Shown here piece after piece: positions 11,148 to 20,345 of a DNA stretch of 64,000 nucleotides; within the stretch, counting starts at the first letter, position 1, and each line of letters opens with the position of its first letter. Both the position numbers and the translations under genes were made by a program. Source of the DNA: an uncultured Verrucomicrobiae bacterium (GTDB taxonomy: Bacteria; Verrucomicrobiota; Verrucomicrobiia; Chthoniobacterales; UBA10450); contig CAWFGO010000003.1 in the NCBI GenBank assembly GCA_963815455.1, positions 1 through 64,000 of the forward strand, given 5' to 3'. Below the pieces are notes generated by a model. That model saw only the letters and a program-made list of their open reading frames with translations, was not told the origin of the DNA and ran no database searches.

Positions 11148-11543
11148 ATGAATATTAAGAAGCGTAGAAAAAAAATCAGGTTACTGGAAGCGCGTCTGGA
11201 AAAGGGCGCTAAGAAGCTGGCCAAATTGAAGCGGAAACTCGGAGCCGCGACCGCGGCCGGCGGGGGCAAGGCGAAAAAGAAATCGGCTTCGACGCGGGGG
11301 CAAAAAGGGAAACGGCGTATGAAAGGCGCGCGTCCGGCGAAATCGGCGGGCGGGAAGAAGCCAGCCAGGAAAGCGAAACGGAAACTCAATCTCACGCCAG
11401 AGCGGCGAGCGGAGCTCGCCGCAGTGATGAAAGCTCGCTGGGCCGCCAAGAAAGCGGCCGCTGAACCGGCCCAGAGGACGAGCCACGAAACCGCACCGAC
11501 GGATCAGGGTTTTACGCTTGGACAGAATCCTCTGTCAACGTAA
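11148..11543 (+). CDS. Lys/Arg/Ala-rich histone-like protein
   Basis: Very basic 131-aa ORF with LTPERRAELAAVMKARWAAKK. Confidence 0.65.
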   Translation: MNIKKRRKKIRLLEARLEKGAKKLAKLKRKLGAATAAGGGKAKKKSASTRGQKGKRRMKGARPAKSAGGKKPARKAKRKLNLTPERRAELAAVMKARWAAKKAAAEPAQRTSHETAPTDQGFTLGQNPLST

Positions 11544-11555
11544 AGGGATGGCGGG

Positions 11556-12029
11556 CTAGCGGTAGTGCAGATGGATCAGGCTAGGTTTTTTGTCGAGCAC
11601 GGCGACGAATAGATTATCGTAATCGTTGTCGGCGATCTCGATCGCCTCTGATATTCCGAGCTCTTTGATCAGGGCCGGAATGGTGTTGGAGTGACCAACC
11701 ACCAGCGCGTTGCCGATTGTCGTCCGTAATTTCAGTCCAAAGTCCGTTGCGTTCGCGGGACGAATTGTCGTTTTGATTCCCAACGCTCGGGCCAATGGCG
11801 CGGCCGTTTGTTGGGTGCGCTTAAACTCGGTCGCGTAAATCGCGGTGATGTTTGCGTCCTTCAACATTATCGCCAGCGCTTCCGCGCGGGCGCGTCCGGC
11901 CGGCGATAGATCCGGATCTTTGGTCGCATCTACTTTCTCGGCGTGGCGCACAATAAAGATCGTCGGTTGGGCCGTCGCAGTGGAAAGGAGCACGCCCAAC
12001 AGGAGAAAAGAAAAAATAAGACGCTTCAT
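11556..12029 (-). CDS. Secreted histidine phosphatase superfamily protein
   Basis: Signal peptide, VRHAEK, RTQQTA, VGHSNT. Confidence 0.88.
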   Translation of the reverse strand: MKRLIFSFLLLGVLLSTATAQPTIFIVRHAEKVDATKDPDLSPAGRARAEALAIMLKDANITAIYATEFKRTQQTAAPLARALGIKTTIRPANATDFGLKLRTTIGNALVVGHSNTIPALIKELGISEAIEIADNDYDNLFVAVLDKKPSLIHLHYR

Positions 12030-12109
12030 TGCGGTAGTATGCACAAGATCGGCATGAGAAGACAGATTGCGCTGACCAAGTTTTGACCTGATACATTTCG
12101 CGTATCCTG

Positions 12110-12775
12110 ATGACCAAAGCGGGGCTGCCAACAATCATCGAGCAACGACGGCTTCGTTCGCCGGCGGTAACGCCCCAGGCCTTGGCCTGGCATTCCGGTG
12201 TTCTGTGGATGGGCTCCCGTGATCTTCGCCGGATTTATGCGATCGATCCGGAAAGCTGGGCGGTGATCGAAGACAAGAAAGCCCCCGGCATTCCGTGGGC
12301 GGGGGTCGCAACCAACGGGACACTGAGTTTTACAATCGGCGAAGGCGCGGACGATGATCGCTACATTCGCCGGTTCATTCCCGACGTCGGATTTTCGCAG
12401 ACGGATCGAATCGCGTGCCCGGAGTTTACCGGGTCATATTTGAGTTTCGATGCCGAGCATCTTTATCTGAGCCAGTGGTACAAGCATCGCATCCTCAAGC
12501 TGGATTCGAGCGGGCACATTCTGCGTATCATCGACATCGGTGCGGATATTTGCGGGCACACATTCGTTGACGGATTAATCTACGTCCTGCGCGGAGTTGA
12601 AAAGCCGACCGAGGATTGGCGCATCGCGTGTCTCGATCCGAAGGAGGAAGCGCCACGGGTGCAAGACCTGGCCCATGTTCCGTTCGCGTGCCGCTCGCTC
12701 GTCTTCGACGGCGACCACTTCTGGTCGAATCATCGCGCCGCTAACGAGATCGTCTCGTTCTCGATTCCAAACTAA
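12110..12775 (+). CDS. Hypothetical protein, probable beta-propeller
   Basis: Five ~40-aa repeats with an LxF/WDG.LW/Y-like core. Confidence 0.65.
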   Translation: MTKAGLPTIIEQRRLRSPAVTPQALAWHSGVLWMGSRDLRRIYAIDPESWAVIEDKKAPGIPWAGVATNGTLSFTIGEGADDDRYIRRFIPDVGFSQTDRIACPEFTGSYLSFDAEHLYLSQWYKHRILKLDSSGHILRIIDIGADICGHTFVDGLIYVLRGVEKPTEDWRIACLDPKEEAPRVQDLAHVPFACRSLVFDGDHFWSNHRAANEIVSFSIPN

Positions 12776-12803
12776 TCCTCGACGCACGAGCGAGCTTTCG
12801 TGG

Positions 12804-13253
12804 TTAAACAGCCCGCTGCCGGATATTGATCTCGGAAGTAAGCGTTTTATGAACAGGACATCTTCCCGCGACCTCCATCAGCTGGGCGCGTTGATCGGGC
12901 GTCAACGCGCCGGTCAGCTCGATGGACATGTCGATCCTGTCGAGCATGCCTTCCTTGTTTTCGCACTCGTCGCAATCTTTGGCGTGAATCCGCGAATGCC
13001 AGAGCGAGAGGATGATGTTTTCCAAGGGAATCTGTTTCCGGCGCGCATATAACCCGATGGTCATCGACGTGCAGACGCCGAGTGAAGTGAGCAGATAGTC
13101 GTACGGATCCGGCCCGGCGTCAGTGCCTCCGACGCTGACCGGCTCGTCCGCACGCAGGTGATGTTTTCCGCAGACAACTTCCTGGAGGAATTCGCGGGCA
13201 TTACCTCGCACGACCACGTGCGCCGGTTCGTTATTTGGTGGTGTCGAGGCCAT
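12804..13253 (-). CDS. OsmC family protein
   Basis: ADEP..GG.D.GPDPYDYLL..LG.CTSMT and RCPVHKTL. Confidence 0.92.
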   Translation of the reverse strand: MASTPPNNEPAHVVVRGNAREFLQEVVCGKHHLRADEPVSVGGTDAGPDPYDYLLTSLGVCTSMTIGLYARRKQIPLENIILSLWHSRIHAKDCDECENKEGMLDRIDMSIELTGALTPDQRAQLMEVAGRCPVHKTLTSEINIRQRAV

Positions 13254-13263
13254 GGTCGAAAGA

Positions 13264-13587
13264 TCAATCGGGAACCGGCTCAAACCCGGCGAACATCTCG
13301 TTCGCTTCGGCCAACGTTTTGAGCGGCACACATTCGCAAATGGCAAAAAACCTGTCCCACATCGCCAGCACGTTCGGGTTCTTATGCGCGGCATCGATCG
13401 CCTCGCGCGAATTCCATTCCGAGACCTCGATAATCGTGTTATCGCAGGCGCGCATGATCGTGGGCACGCGATTGGTAGCAAGACCTTCTTTGCGCAGTGT
13501 CGGAACCCGATTTCGCACGAGCTCGATCAATTCGCTTTCCTTGCCGGATTTCGGCCGGTAAGCAACGATCACAACGACACCGTTCAT
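13264..13587 (-). CDS. Hypothetical protein, possibly ABM-like alpha/beta barrel
   Basis: 107-aa ORF co-oriented with the OsmC gene; IVAYRPK.GKE, EV.EW.S.EAI..AH. Confidence 0.7.
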   Translation of the reverse strand: MNGVVVIVAYRPKSGKESELIELVRNRVPTLRKEGLATNRVPTIMRACDNTIIEVSEWNSREAIDAAHKNPNVLAMWDRFFAICECVPLKTLAEANEMFAGFEPVPD

Positions 13588-13744
13588 GCCGGTTTAGACT
13601 ACTCGTCTCCGATGAACCGAGGGAAGCAGGAAAAGTGTGAATTCGCCGATTGGGAGGAGGTGAAAGAAATCAAAAAGGTCCGAGGCTTTTCCTTATCAGG
13701 TTTTGCATCCATAACCCCTTCGAGATACGATTCTTTTACACACT

Positions 13745-14011
13745 ATGAAGACGAAACTTGCAATCTTGTTGTCAGCTTTGATCGGGCTCAGTGCGATGTT
13801 CAATCCAAGCGTAAACGCGGTTGATTTTCAGATCAGTATCGGCGACCGACCATTCTACGATGGCCCGGAATTTTGGGACTGGGGATGGCATTGGGTCTGG
13901 GTGCCCGGCCACTGGGATCGCCGCCATCGGTGGGTTCACGGTTACTACGAACGCCGGGGCGATTGGCAGCGCACACATTTTCACAAACGCCACCACTGGC
14001 GTCATCACTAA
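13745..14011 (+). CDS. Small secreted Trp/His-rich protein (YXWGXW-like repeats)
   Basis: Signal peptide then WVWVPGHW...WVHGYY; His-rich tail; hairpin downstream. Confidence 0.78.
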   Translation: MKTKLAILLSALIGLSAMFNPSVNAVDFQISIGDRPFYDGPEFWDWGWHWVWVPGHWDRRHRWVHGYYERRGDWQRTHFHKRHHWRHH

Positions 14012-14034
14012 AATCGCTTCGCGGATTTAGAACG

Positions 14035-14073
14035 ATGGAGCCGCGCCCTGCGGGGTGCGGCTCCATTTCTTTT
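14035..14073 (+). terminator. Rho-independent terminator
   Basis: ATGGAGCCGCGCCC-TGCG-GGGTGCGGCTCCAT followed by TTCTTTT, between convergent genes. Confidence 0.8.
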
Positions 14074-14084
14074 GCCCGAATCTC

Positions 14085-14459
14085 TTAAGGCCGCAGAATG
14101 CCGGCAAACGCCGAGCGGTATTGCCACACCAGGAACAGTTCCAGCAGGGTGACGACGACGGCCGGCGGAAAGCTTTCCGGGGCCATCAGGGCGTGGAAAA
14201 CCAATATGTTAAAGATGATCGCGGCGAGGATGGTCAGACCGAGCGGAACAAATTTGCCGATTACCAACAGCAGCCCGGCGAGCACCTGCATTCCGCCGAT
14301 CAGATAAATATATCCGCTGGCCAGAAACACCTTCAGAAAATCTCCGGCCAGGCCCGGCGGCGGCGGCGGGTTTGGGATGAAATGAAAAAACGCATTTGAT
14401 CCGAACACGACGAACGCTAATCCGAGAAGAACACGGGCAATAATGGTGAGAACCTTCAT
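14085..14459 (-). CDS. DoxX-like membrane protein
   Basis: ARVLLGLAFVVFGSN.F...FVPLGLTILAAIIFNILVFH; four TM segments. Confidence 0.8.
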   Translation of the reverse strand: MKVLTIIARVLLGLAFVVFGSNAFFHFIPNPPPPPGLAGDFLKVFLASGYIYLIGGMQVLAGLLLVIGKFVPLGLTILAAIIFNILVFHALMAPESFPPAVVVTLLELFLVWQYRSAFAGILRP

Positions 14460-14570
14460 GCGGCCAATCGTGCCTGGTTGGCTGCAATAATCCAATCGCA
14501 AAGTTTGCAGGGCGTTTCGATGAGACGCCTTTTTGTTGGCGTCCGGTATGGACGCCTTACAATGAATGCC

Positions 14571-15272
14571 ATGCGGATCAGCGAGATGAATTGGATGATG
14601 GTGGAGGAATATCTCAAACGCGACGATCGCGCGGTGTTACCAATCGGTTCTACCGAGCAGCATGCCTATTTGAGTTTGAGCACCGATAGCATTCTGGCGG
14701 AGCGGCTCGCGGTGGAAGCGACAGAACCGTTAGGCGTGCCGGTGTTCCCGGTGCTGGCTTATGGGATTACCCCGTATTTCCGCGCGTTTCCGGGAACGGT
14801 CACGCTGCGATCGGAAACGCACATGTCGATCTTGCGCGACGTTCTCGATGCGCTATCCGAGCAGGGATTCAAACGAATCTTGATCGTCAACGGCCACGGC
14901 GGCAATGCGCCTTCGCAGGCAGTTGTGGACGAATGGATGGCCGATCATCCCCCCATCCGAATCAAGTTTCACAATTGGTGGAACGCTCCGAAGGTCTGGG
15001 CCCAGATCCAGGCGATCGATCCGGTGGCATCACACGCGTCGTGGATGGAAAATTTTCCCTGGACCAGACTGGCCAACATCGACATGCCCCTCGGGCAAAA
15101 GCCGATGTGCGATGTCGATCTTATCCGCACACTCGATCCGGAATCTGTGCGTGGCTATTTGAACGACGGCAATTACGGCGGTCGCTATCAACGCAGCGAC
15201 GAAGAGATGATGAAAGTCTGGCGGGTCGGTGTAGAGGAGACGCGAGCGCTGCTCGCTGGGCTATGGGAATAG
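14571..15272 (+). CDS. Creatininase family amidohydrolase
   Basis: LPIGSTEQH...D, VNGHGGN, HA..E metal-binding motifs. Confidence 0.9.
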   Translation: MRISEMNWMMVEEYLKRDDRAVLPIGSTEQHAYLSLSTDSILAERLAVEATEPLGVPVFPVLAYGITPYFRAFPGTVTLRSETHMSILRDVLDALSEQGFKRILIVNGHGGNAPSQAVVDEWMADHPPIRIKFHNWWNAPKVWAQIQAIDPVASHASWMENFPWTRLANIDMPLGQKPMCDVDLIRTLDPESVRGYLNDGNYGGRYQRSDEEMMKVWRVGVEETRALLAGLWE

Positions 15273-15283
15273 TAGATAGCCAG

Positions 15284-15570
15284 CTAGTGCCCGTAGCTGA
15301 TGACGCGCGACACTTTCCAAGCGCCGCCGGCTTTTTTCCACACCATGACAAAACGAAAATCGCCGCAATCGATCCGTGCCGGCCCGGTGCCCTTAGAAGA
15401 TCGACATCGTGCGCGTTAAAGGCGTCGAACATGGCTTTGTCCAGGCGAGTGATTGTTTCGGTGAGTTCCGCGGCAGCGGAGTTCTTTGACCGCAACTCGG
15501 GTGAAGAAGGAGCAGTCGAACCAAGGATCGCGGTCAGCGCGAGCACCGCGATTTGCTGGGAGTAGATCAC
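15284..15570 (-). pseudogene. NTF2-like (DUF4440-type) secreted protein with internal deletion
   Basis: N-part LDKAMFDAFNAHDVD lies about 25 bp from an out-of-frame C-part IDCGDFRFVMVWKKAGGAWKVSRVISYGH*; the central part of the domain is missing. Confidence 0.7.
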
Positions 15571-15580
15571 GCTCTGTGAA

Positions 15581-16252
15581 TCAGCGGCGTCTCCGTCGAG
15601 CGAAACCAGCAAACACGAGTAGAGCGCCGGTTAGAAGCGTCATCGTTGCGGGTTCGGGCACCGCGAGGACGTTGTCGATCCCGAGCTGGCCCACAACATT
15701 CGTTCCGCTCAAGCTGGTCGTGCCAACTGCGTGAATGAACCGCACCTCACCGATGAAAAACGTGGACCACGGGGCCGGATTGTTCACGGCGATCAGGTTT
15801 GCCGGCAAAAGCGAGATGGTGAAGTGCTGCCAGCCGCTGCCAACCGGAAGAACCATTGCCTGGGTGAGATAACCGGGTGCGCTGCCGTCACCTCCCGGAC
15901 CGTTCTTAAATGCGAGCCGAATGGAAAGACTAACCGAACCTTGATTGCGCAGATCGACCTCGATGGCGGTCACGCCTGCGGCGATGTAATCGCCCAGCCA
16001 TTGATCTCGATTGAAGACGGTAAGTTTCCCTCCGGTGCCGCTGCCATCGGACGTAGCCTGGATGTATCGATCGCCGGCACCGGCCGGTCCGCCGGTTGAC
16101 ACGTTTGTAACCGGAGGAGCGCCCATGACCTCCCCGTTGGTCCAGTTCATCGTCGTGCCATCTTGAAAATTATCGGTCTGACCAACAACGACAGCGCGGG
16201 CCGTTCCGGCGAAACAGAGCAGAAGGATAGTGGCGAGGCGCTGCATCCTCAT
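15581..16252 (-). CDS. PEP-CTERM sorted surface protein
   Basis: Signal peptide; C-terminal VPEP + TM helix + RRRR. Confidence 0.92.
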   Translation of the reverse strand: MRMQRLATILLLCFAGTARAVVVGQTDNFQDGTTMNWTNGEVMGAPPVTNVSTGGPAGAGDRYIQATSDGSGTGGKLTVFNRDQWLGDYIAAGVTAIEVDLRNQGSVSLSIRLAFKNGPGGDGSAPGYLTQAMVLPVGSGWQHFTISLLPANLIAVNNPAPWSTFFIGEVRFIHAVGTTSLSGTNVVGQLGIDNVLAVPEPATMTLLTGALLVFAGFARRRRR

Positions 16253-16373
16253 CGTGTGAGCATGCAACAAATGCCCCGTAAAAGGCAAGCCGCGATTGAT
16301 GGTTGGTCATCAAAAGGCCCAAGGAATGCTGGCCTTTTCGATGCAATTCACTTAGAGACGCTGTGTGCCAAGA

Positions 16374-16796
16374 ATGCGTTTGCGAAATGTACTGGCCTGG
16401 ATGTCGATCCTGGCCGTGATAGCCGCGGCCGAACCGGCCAAAGCAAATCCATTTGAAAAGTTTTTCCGCACGCTCAAGAAGACCTTTACTCAACCGCCAC
16501 GGAAAACTCCGGCACGGCGGAAAAGCGCGAAGAAAAGCACGGCGCAAACTTCGCCTGACCCTTCGAACAAGACGGCGAACACGCCGCCCAGCGGAGGCAA
16601 CACGCGGACCGCGACGCGAGTCTCCTCGGCCAAGGCTGGGAAGGCAGATTTTCCCTATGGAACACCGGTACCGGGCAAACAAGGTTTCGTTACCAGTCCT
16701 TTCGCGCCGGACAGCGGTTACATCGACGTGCGCGGTTTCCCACCCGGAACGCCGGTGAAAGACCCGTACACAAACAAGGTGTTTTTGACGCCGTAA
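16374..16796 (+). CDS. Hypothetical secreted protein
   Basis: Signal peptide, basic linker, compact C-terminal PGKQGFVTSPF...DVRGFPPGTPVKDPYT domain. Confidence 0.72.
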   Translation: MRLRNVLAWMSILAVIAAAEPAKANPFEKFFRTLKKTFTQPPRKTPARRKSAKKSTAQTSPDPSNKTANTPPSGGNTRTATRVSSAKAGKADFPYGTPVPGKQGFVTSPFAPDSGYIDVRGFPPGTPVKDPYTNKVFLTP

Positions 16797-16810
16797 AAAC
16801 GGCGGCTGGT

Positions 16811-18394
16811 TCAGAGCCGGTGGTTCTGTGGTGGTGGAGCGATAAGGACGAACGAGATGACCGCGCCGACGACAGCCAGCGTTGCTCCGATGGCCATAAT
16901 TATTCTGAACCCGCGAATAAACGATTGGTCGATCGCAGCACGAATTGCCGGTCGAGTTGTCGCGTCCAAATTTTCTGGGAGTGCGATAGCGGCCAGTCTG
17001 GTGGCTTGGGCTTGCAAAGATTGTTCCGCTGCAGGGGAGATCGGCGTGTTGGCCAATTGCTGATCGAGGGTTCGATCGAAAACGCGAACCATGACGATCC
17101 CGAGAACCGCGATCGCGAGCAGCCCGGCTGCTCTGGCCACTGCATTATTAACGCCGGACGCGATCCCGGCGCGATTCTGGGCGATCGAATTCATCACTGC
17201 CGTAGTGAGAGGGGCCACACTTACCGCCATGCCGATTCCGAGAATGACGATCGCGGGGAAGAACGTCTGCCAGTAACTGCCGCCGACTCCAGGAATCGCA
17301 AAGAGCACGAAGCCGACGGCGGTAATCAATGGGCCCGTAACGAGCGGAATCCTCGGGCCGTATTTTTCAACGAGTCCACCCGCCCAGCGCGACAGCAGAA
17401 AGATGATCAGGATAAATGGAAAAAGCGCCGCGCCGGCTGCGGTGGCGGAGTAATGTTGCACCTGGATGAGATTGAGAGGCAGAAAGAACAAGGTCCCGCC
17501 GAGCGCGCCGTAAAGTAGAAACGTGAGCAGGTTCGCGCCGGTAAAAGTTTTGGAGCGAAAAAGTGCGAGCGGCAGCATCGGATGAGCAATTCGGCTTTCG
17601 ACGATGAAAAAGACGATGAGGCAGACGACCGCGACCGCAAAGGCGGCAAGAACCGCGGTATCGGCGAAACCACGCCGCGAAGATTCGATCAGTCCGTAAA
17701 CCAACGCGCCCAAACCGACCGCAGCCAGAATTGCGCCGCACCAATCCAGGCCGGTGCTTTCATCATCGGAGCTTTCCGGGACTCGCCAGAGCGAAATCAA
17801 AATCACGATCAAAGCGATTGGAATGTTGATGAAGAAAACCGCGCGCCACGAAATGTGTTCGATTAACCAGCCGCCGGTCACCGGCCCGATCGCCGTAGTG
17901 ATAGCGCTGAATCCCGACCACGTGCCGATGGCGCGTCCGCGCTCGTTTTCTGAAAACGAGCTGCTAATGATGGCGAGGCTACCTGGAACGAGCAGCGCGG
18001 CCCCGAGTCCCTGGGCGGCGCGCGCGGCAATGAGCTGATGAATACCGGCAGCAAATCCGCAACCGGCTGAGGCAAGGGCAAACAGCGCGACGCCGATCAG
18101 AAAAATCCGGCGGCGTCCGTAATGATCGCCGAGCGATCCGCCGACCAGCAACAGCGCGGCGAGCAAGAGCGAATACGCTTCAATCACCCACTGCACGTCG
18201 ACAACGGTGGCGTTGAGCTGCGCCTGCAGCGCGGGCAACGCGACGTTCACCACCGTGCTGTCGATGAACGCCATGCTCGATGCGAGCGTCGTGGCTACGA
18301 GCACCCAGCGCCCAGACGATTTCGAACAGGGCGCCGCAGCGGATCGCGAGAGAATTACACTCTCATCACAAGGTTCTCGGAGAATTGCCCACAT
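16811..18394 (-). CDS. MFS drug:H+ antiporter, DHA2-type
   Basis: DSTVVNVALP, GSLGDHYGRRR, ERGRAIGTW; about 14 TM segments. Confidence 0.93.
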   Translation of the reverse strand: MWAILREPCDESVILSRSAAAPCSKSSGRWVLVATTLASSMAFIDSTVVNVALPALQAQLNATVVDVQWVIEAYSLLLAALLLVGGSLGDHYGRRRIFLIGVALFALASAGCGFAAGIHQLIAARAAQGLGAALLVPGSLAIISSSFSENERGRAIGTWSGFSAITTAIGPVTGGWLIEHISWRAVFFINIPIALIVILISLWRVPESSDDESTGLDWCGAILAAVGLGALVYGLIESSRRGFADTAVLAAFAVAVVCLIVFFIVESRIAHPMLPLALFRSKTFTGANLLTFLLYGALGGTLFFLPLNLIQVQHYSATAAGAALFPFILIIFLLSRWAGGLVEKYGPRIPLVTGPLITAVGFVLFAIPGVGGSYWQTFFPAIVILGIGMAVSVAPLTTAVMNSIAQNRAGIASGVNNAVARAAGLLAIAVLGIVMVRVFDRTLDQQLANTPISPAAEQSLQAQATRLAAIALPENLDATTRPAIRAAIDQSFIRGFRIIMAIGATLAVVGAVISFVLIAPPPQNHRL

Positions 18395-18419
18395 GCCTTG
18401 CGACTGACATCGCCAGCCG

Positions 18420-18689
18420 TCAATATTCGCAAAACGCATCGTCCGGATAGCAATACAACCAGCGTTCGCCGGGTTGCGCGGAAGCGATGACCGGATGACC
18501 GACCGCCTTTGCATGCTTGCTGGCGTGACGATTGGGCGAACTATCGCAGCAGAGTGTCACGCCGCACTCCTGGCATATGCGCAGATGGACCCACGACGCT
18601 CCAATCTTGACGCACTCCGCGCATTCCCGCTTTTGCGGCGTCTTAATCGTCGCGACGACGTTGAGATGAGAACAACCGCGGTCAGGCAT
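18420..18689 (-). CDS. Stand-alone UBP-type zinc finger protein
   Basis: CSH...CAEC...LRICQECG..LCCDSSPNRHASKH...H...W.YCY.D. Confidence 0.9.
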   Translation of the reverse strand: MPDRGCSHLNVVATIKTPQKRECAECVKIGASWVHLRICQECGVTLCCDSSPNRHASKHAKAVGHPVIASAQPGERWLYCYPDDAFCEY

Positions 18690-18751
18690 GATCGTATGTT
18701 ACCTCCATAATACACGATGCACTTTTGCGGTCGCAACTTTTCCTGCCCGGA

Positions 18752-19369
18752 TCATTTGATTGTTGCCAGCCATTCGCGCGCACCATCGACATCGCCACGC
18801 GTCAGCTCGTGGCCGCCTTCGAAGAAGCGACTTGTGACATCTGCGCCCGCGCTCCGCAAAAGTTCCGCTAACCGTTTCGTTTCCGATGCAGGCACGATCG
18901 GATCGAACGTTCCCGCACCAAGCCACACCCGGACCGCGGGAAGGTCGGGCCGGATTTCGGGAACGAGTGGCACCATGGCTCGAAATAGAATCGCTGCGGA
19001 AAGTATTTCCGGACGAAGTAAGAGCATACTCGCGGCGATGTTCGCGCCGTTGGAATAACCTGCGGCAACGATCTGTGCGATGTCGATCTTATAGCTTAGG
19101 GTTGCGGCCACAACAAAGTCCGCCAATTCGTGGGTTCGCTCCTTCAAATCCTCCAAATCGAACACGCCCTCGGCCAGTCGTCGAAAAAATCGCGGCATTC
19201 CGTTCTCCAGCACCTTGCCGCGGAGGCTGAGCAAAGACGCGCCCGGATCGAGCTCGCGTCCGAGCGGGATGAGATCGTGTTCATTTCCGCCCGTGCCGTG
19301 CAGGAGCAGGAGGGTGCGTTTCGAGTTGCCGGGAACAAATTCGTGAATGAACTCCGGCGGTGGCGTCAT
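18752..19369 (-). CDS. Carboxylesterase/phospholipase family alpha/beta hydrolase (MhqD-like)
   Basis: LLHGTGGNE, GYSNGANIA, DPIVP, GHEL. Confidence 0.9.
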   Translation of the reverse strand: MTPPPEFIHEFVPGNSKRTLLLLHGTGGNEHDLIPLGRELDPGASLLSLRGKVLENGMPRFFRRLAEGVFDLEDLKERTHELADFVVAATLSYKIDIAQIVAAGYSNGANIAASMLLLRPEILSAAILFRAMVPLVPEIRPDLPAVRVWLGAGTFDPIVPASETKRLAELLRSAGADVTSRFFEGGHELTRGDVDGAREWLATIK

Positions 19370-19372
19370 GAT

Positions 19373-20320
19373 TTAGGCCGGCACGCGAATGGGTGGAAGA
19401 ATTTTCTCGATCTGTGCGCGCTCCGATTCCATCCAGGGAGGAAGCCGCAAATGCGAGCCAAGCTCTTCCACTTTTTCGTCCAGGGTAAAACCGGGCGGCT
19501 CGGTCGCGATCTCAAAAAGAACACCGCCGGGCTCGCGGAAATAGATGGAGAGGAAGTAAGTGCGATCGACCACCGGTGTCACATTGTAGCCAAGGTCGAC
19601 CAGGTGTTCGCGCCATTTAAGTTGCTCGGCCTGGTCCTTGGCCCGAAACGCGATGTGATGCACGGAACCCGCGGCAACCTGGCCCATATGAGTGTCCGGC
19701 AAACAAAGCAGATCAACGATCCTACCGGGCGCCGCGTTCTCCTTCGCGGTAAACCGAAACCGGTTCCCTGATTCCGCGGTTAAACGATAGCCGAAACTGT
19801 CCGTGAGTAATCGCGCCGTCCCTTCGTACCCTTCCAGGGCGACCGACACGCTGTGGAAGCCGCGAAGCGCGTGCTCGATGGCAACCGGGCTGCCGGGCCA
19901 CGACTCAACCGATGCCAGGGAACTCGATGCGATTAGTTCGATCAGAAGCCCGTCCGGGTCGGTAAATCGAATTACGTCTTCGCCGAATCGCGGCGACGTT
20001 CTCTCGGCGGTCACGTGCTGGGCTTTAAAACGCTCCATCCAATAGCCAGTCGATTCCGGTGGAATTGCGAACGCCGTCGCTTCCACCTGCCCGGTGCCAC
20101 GAATTCCGCGTCGCGCTCCCGGCCACGGAAAAAAGGTCATGATGGTTCCCGGCGTGCCGCACCCGTCCCCGAAATAGAAATGATAGGTTCCAGGATCGTC
20201 GAAATTGACGGTCCGTTTCACAAACCGCAGGCCGAGAAGTCCCGCATAAAAATCGAGATTCCGCTGCGGATCGCTGGCAATAGCAGTTACGTGATGAAGT
20301 CCCCGAATCTTGCTGTCCAT
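19373..20320 (-). CDS. Ring-cleaving dioxygenase, VOC family (MhqA/MhqO-like)
   Basis: GLHHVTAI, KRTVNFDDP.TYHFYFGD, VHHIAFR, DR.YF.SIYFREPGGVLFEIAT. Confidence 0.93.
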   Translation of the reverse strand: MDSKIRGLHHVTAIASDPQRNLDFYAGLLGLRFVKRTVNFDDPGTYHFYFGDGCGTPGTIMTFFPWPGARRGIRGTGQVEATAFAIPPESTGYWMERFKAQHVTAERTSPRFGEDVIRFTDPDGLLIELIASSSLASVESWPGSPVAIEHALRGFHSVSVALEGYEGTARLLTDSFGYRLTAESGNRFRFTAKENAAPGRIVDLLCLPDTHMGQVAAGSVHHIAFRAKDQAEQLKWREHLVDLGYNVTPVVDRTYFLSIYFREPGGVLFEIATEPPGFTLDEKVEELGSHLRLPPWMESERAQIEKILPPIRVPA

Positions 20321-20345
20321 CAGAACATGATGTCGATCTTGTCGA

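Noticed and set aside
16263..16278. Sigma54-like site upstream of the first PEP-CTERM gene
   Set aside because: Good -12 (TTGCA) but poor -24 (CGGGGC), and no enhancer-like site found.
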